Below are positions 19,110-21,851 of a DNA stretch of 21,851 nt, piece by piece. Made by a program: the position numbers and the translations under genes. This DNA comes from Octopus sinensis. Its lineage: Eukaryota. Every line of letters starts with the position of its first letter. The stretch's first letter is position 1. The DNA lies in contig NW_021823753.1 in NCBI RefSeq assembly GCF_006345805.1, positions 1-21,851 of the forward strand. Direction: 5' to 3'. The notes under the pieces are model-generated. The model was not told where the DNA came from, ran no database searches, and worked only from the letters and a program-made list of their open reading frames with translations.

Positions 19110-19322
19110 AGTTTGAAGTATATGTTCAAAGTGTTCGATGCAGTGGCCCACGGTGGCGATACGTATTCAATACAAAAAACAGATCAAAGTGGTGGAAAGC
19201 GGTCAATACAGAAGATTGATGTTTCCGAAAGAGCGAGGAATTCATTTTTACCTTAAGCAATTGTGATGACCCATGGTGGAAGTTCGCTGGGTGGTTCTAG
19301 TGAGTTTTTGTGAAATGCTCGG

Positions 19323-19693
19323 TTTTATAATGCCTGTTAGGTGGTCAATCTAGCGTAGCGTGACGTCATCAATGTTTTGACCAATCGTTTCGTTAGGTGG
19401 CTTTAACAAGTGGAACGGGACGTCATCATTATTTTGACCAATCGCTGCATTATAACTCCCTCTTGTTTGTTTCCTGTCTTGACCAGTCGCTTCGTTAGTC
19501 AAGCATAGCGGACGTCATCCAGATTCTGCCCAATCACGACTTATAGCTACATTAGATCTGCCCCCTGTCTGTACTTGTTAGGTGACTATTCAAGCAGAAA
19601 AGGACGTCATCAATATTCTGACTAATGACTGTCCCCTGTTTGTATCCTGTCCATTCTAGCAGAAGCTAGACGTCATCAACTTGTTGACCAATC
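19323..19693 (-). promoter_or_regulatory. pLTR B promoter: five CCAAT-N10-CRE modules plus TATAAAA
   Basis: Same modules as in copy A; TATA at 19323-19329. Confidence 0.75.
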
Positions 19694-19884
19694 AGAATCG
19701 GGTCTGACCCTTAGCTGTATCGTATGTATCAGGGTCAGATTTGCACGAAAGAATTTTTTTCCTTTTTTACTAAGGCATATTTCCGTCAGAGTGAGTGTCT
19801 GTTTGAAGTAGCGGCCGTGGTGAAATTTGGTTCTCCTTTTCGGAGGACTTATCTTTTGTTTTAGTATTCCTGGCCCAGGTGTGT

Positions 19885-20465
19885 TTAAACTTGGTCTAAA
19901 TTTTTTATGAAATATAGTTCTTTATTTTGGCGTTGTGTGAAGGTTGCGTTGTCACTGAATTTATAGAGCGGGTTAGTTGTAAATTTCGGATTTACATTTC
20001 CAGCACATCTATCTATGTGTCCGCTGACCGGTATTTTGCGGTAATCAGGGTTTCTAATTTGTGATTTATGCACCGCCATCCTGTTACGTAAGCTATTTTT
20101 TGTATGGCCTATATACTGCCTATTGCAGCCTGCGCATGTTATGATGTAAATTAAGTTTTCTGATGCGCAGGTGAAGTTTGTTCTAATGGTGAACTGGTGG
20201 CCTTGTTCCAGTATAAATTCTGATCCTTCTTTCAAGATGACACAGATTCCGCAGTTGGCCTTCCACATTTTCTAACTGCTGGTTTTGTGTTGATGTTGAG
20301 TGCAGTGTAGCTTGGGTTAAAATCCTTTTCAAGGATTTTGGTTGCCGTTTACTTTTAATGATGGTGTGTGTTTCGAGGATCCGGTTCATCTTTGGGTCTC
20401 CCTTTAGTAGGGCTGTGCTTTGTAGTATGGTGTTGAAGGCCTCATTGTTGAGTGGGTTGTGTGTA
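19885..20465 (-). pseudogene. 5'-truncated upstream duplicate of the PLE linker and GIY-YIG region
   Basis: Matches 15193-15775 (track ORFs 19885-20268 and 20183-20518). Confidence 0.92.
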
Positions 20466-20704
20466 AAAAATTTTAAAAATTTAAAAAATTTTTTAAAATT
20501 TAGACCAAGTTTAAACACCCTGGGCCAGGAATACTAAAACAAAAGATAAGTCCTCCGAAAAGGAGAACCAAATTTCACCACGGCCGCTACTTCAAACAGA
20601 CACTCACTCTGACGGAAATATGCCTTAGTAAAAAAGGAAAAAAATTCTTTCGTGCAAATCTGACCCTGATACATACGATACAGCTATGGGTCAGACCCGA
20701 TTCT

Positions 20705-21100
20705 GATTGGTAAAACAGTTGATGACGTCTAGCTCTGCTAGAAGGACAGGATACAAAACAGGGACAGTCATTAGTCAGAATATTGATGACGTCCTTTTCT
20801 GCTTGAATAGTCACTAACACAGTACAGACAGGGGGCAGATCTAATGTAGCTATAAGTCGTGATTGGGCAGAATCTGGATGACGTCCCGCTATGCTTGACT
20901 AACGAAGCGACCTGGTCAAGGCAGGAAACAAACAAGAGGGAGTTATAATGCAGCGATTGGTCAAAATAATGATGACGTCCCGTTCCACTTGTTAAAGCCA
21001 CCTAACGAAACGATTGGTCAAAACATTGATGACGTCACGCTACGCTAGATTGACCACCTAACAGGCATTATAAAACCGAGCATTTCACAAAAACTCACTA
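20705..21100 (+). promoter_or_regulatory. pLTR C promoter facing out of the element: CCAAT-CRE modules, TATAAAA (21069-21075), Inr-like TCACT (A at 21097)
   Basis: GATTGG at 20705, 20861, 20955, 21012; GATGACGTC at 20721, 20785, 20877, 20971, 21028; 28 nt from TATA to the Inr A. Confidence 0.75.
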
Positions 21101-21411
21101 GAACCACCCAGCGAACTTCCACCATGGGTCATCACAATTGCTTAAGGTAAAAATGAATTCCTCGCTCTTCCGGAAACATCAATCTTCTGTTTGACCGCTT
21201 TCCACCACTTTGATCTGTTTTTTGTATTGAATACGTATCGCCACCGTGGGCCACTGCATCGAACACTTTGAACATATACTTCAAACTATATATCAACTAT
21301 ACATGAACTATATATCAACTATACATGAACTCTAAGATGTCTTGACTCCGTTGTGTATTATAAATGAATTTCTTGTGTTTGACGGCATGAGCTGTCTCTT
21401 TTTAATATAAC

Positions 21412-21454
21412 TTTTTTTGATAAGGTTCAATTCAGGAACTGAAACATGTTATAA
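21412..21454 (+). ncRNA. Minimal hammerhead variant (U3-A8 core) in pLTR C
   Basis: TTGATAA (21417-21423) GGTTC aattcag GAACT GAA ACATGT T ATAA; its only difference from A/B is in loop II. Confidence 0.6.
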
Positions 21455-21504
21455 TGTTATATAAAAATTAAAAATTGTATAATACAGCAGCATTTTCGAC
21501 TTCA

Positions 21505-21551
21505 TTTTTTACAAATATATATATATATATATATGTATGTATATATGTATG

Positions 21552-21585
<34 letters not shown>

Positions 21586-21725
21586 ATAATATATATATAT
21601 CATACATACATACATCATACATACATACATACATACATACATACATACATACATACATACTACATACATAATTACATACATAATTACATATATATATATA
21701 TATATATATATAGTGTGTGTGTGTT
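21505..21725. repeat. Compound (TA)n/(TATG)n/(TACA)n/(TG)n microsatellite
   Basis: Direct reading. Confidence 0.95.
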
Positions 21726-21851
21726 GTTTATTTGGGATAGATTGTCTGGGTCAGAAGGCAGTATAGAGGGGGAGACTAGGAAGCTAAGAATGTTAATTAC
21801 TAATTGTTTTACTAATTGTTTTGTTTACTTTTTATTTTATTTTCCACACGT

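Larger units (their letters stand above)
18839..19884 (-). repeat. pLTR copy B (5' pLTR, drives the ORF)
   Basis: Direct repeat of copy A immediately upstream of the ATG at 18814. Confidence 0.9.
14153..21510 (-). mobile_element. Penelope-like retroelement (Neptune-type) in partial tandem with an extra inverted pLTR
   Basis: RT plus GIY-YIG ORF; 14153-15775 is repeated directly at 18839-20465; 20495-21510 is an inverted copy of the pLTR; both outer ends merge into (TA)n. Confidence 0.93.
20495..21510 (+). repeat. pLTR copy C, inverted
   Basis: Reverse complement of about 18870-19903. Confidence 0.92.

Noticed and set aside
14153-21510. LTR retrotransposon or TIR DNA transposon
   Set aside because: No gag, integrase or RNase H, no TG...CA ends or PBS, no transposase; RT plus GIY-YIG with repeats overlapping the ORF 3' end indicates a PLE.

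Overview
AT-rich, repeat-dense eukaryotic DNA. The SINE families look like those I associate with octopus genomes (recognition, not a search result). The window is mostly microsatellites, tRNA-derived SINEs and non-LTR retroelement debris. The dominant feature is a Penelope-like element (PLE; RT plus GIY-YIG endonuclease with a Neptune-type Cys linker) at about 14153-21510 on the minus strand. It has the partial-tandem layout (5'-truncated EN+pLTR, full ORF, pLTR) plus an inverted third pLTR. Each pLTR carries five CCAAT-N10-CRE modules, a TATA box and a minimal hammerhead-like motif with a U3-A8 core swap. A canonical minimal type I hammerhead sits in a solo fragment at 10631-10671. An about 815-bp, 2.7-copy non-coding tandem array (10848-13035) contains in every unit all three hammerhead strands in a non-canonical (swapped, pseudoknot-like) order; this is the most unusual candidate. 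At 8.6-9.9 kb there is a patchwork of R4/Dong-like and Tx1-like fragments. A few possible host exons lie on the + strand near the left end (low confidence). All RNA structures were folded by eye and none is demonstrated.
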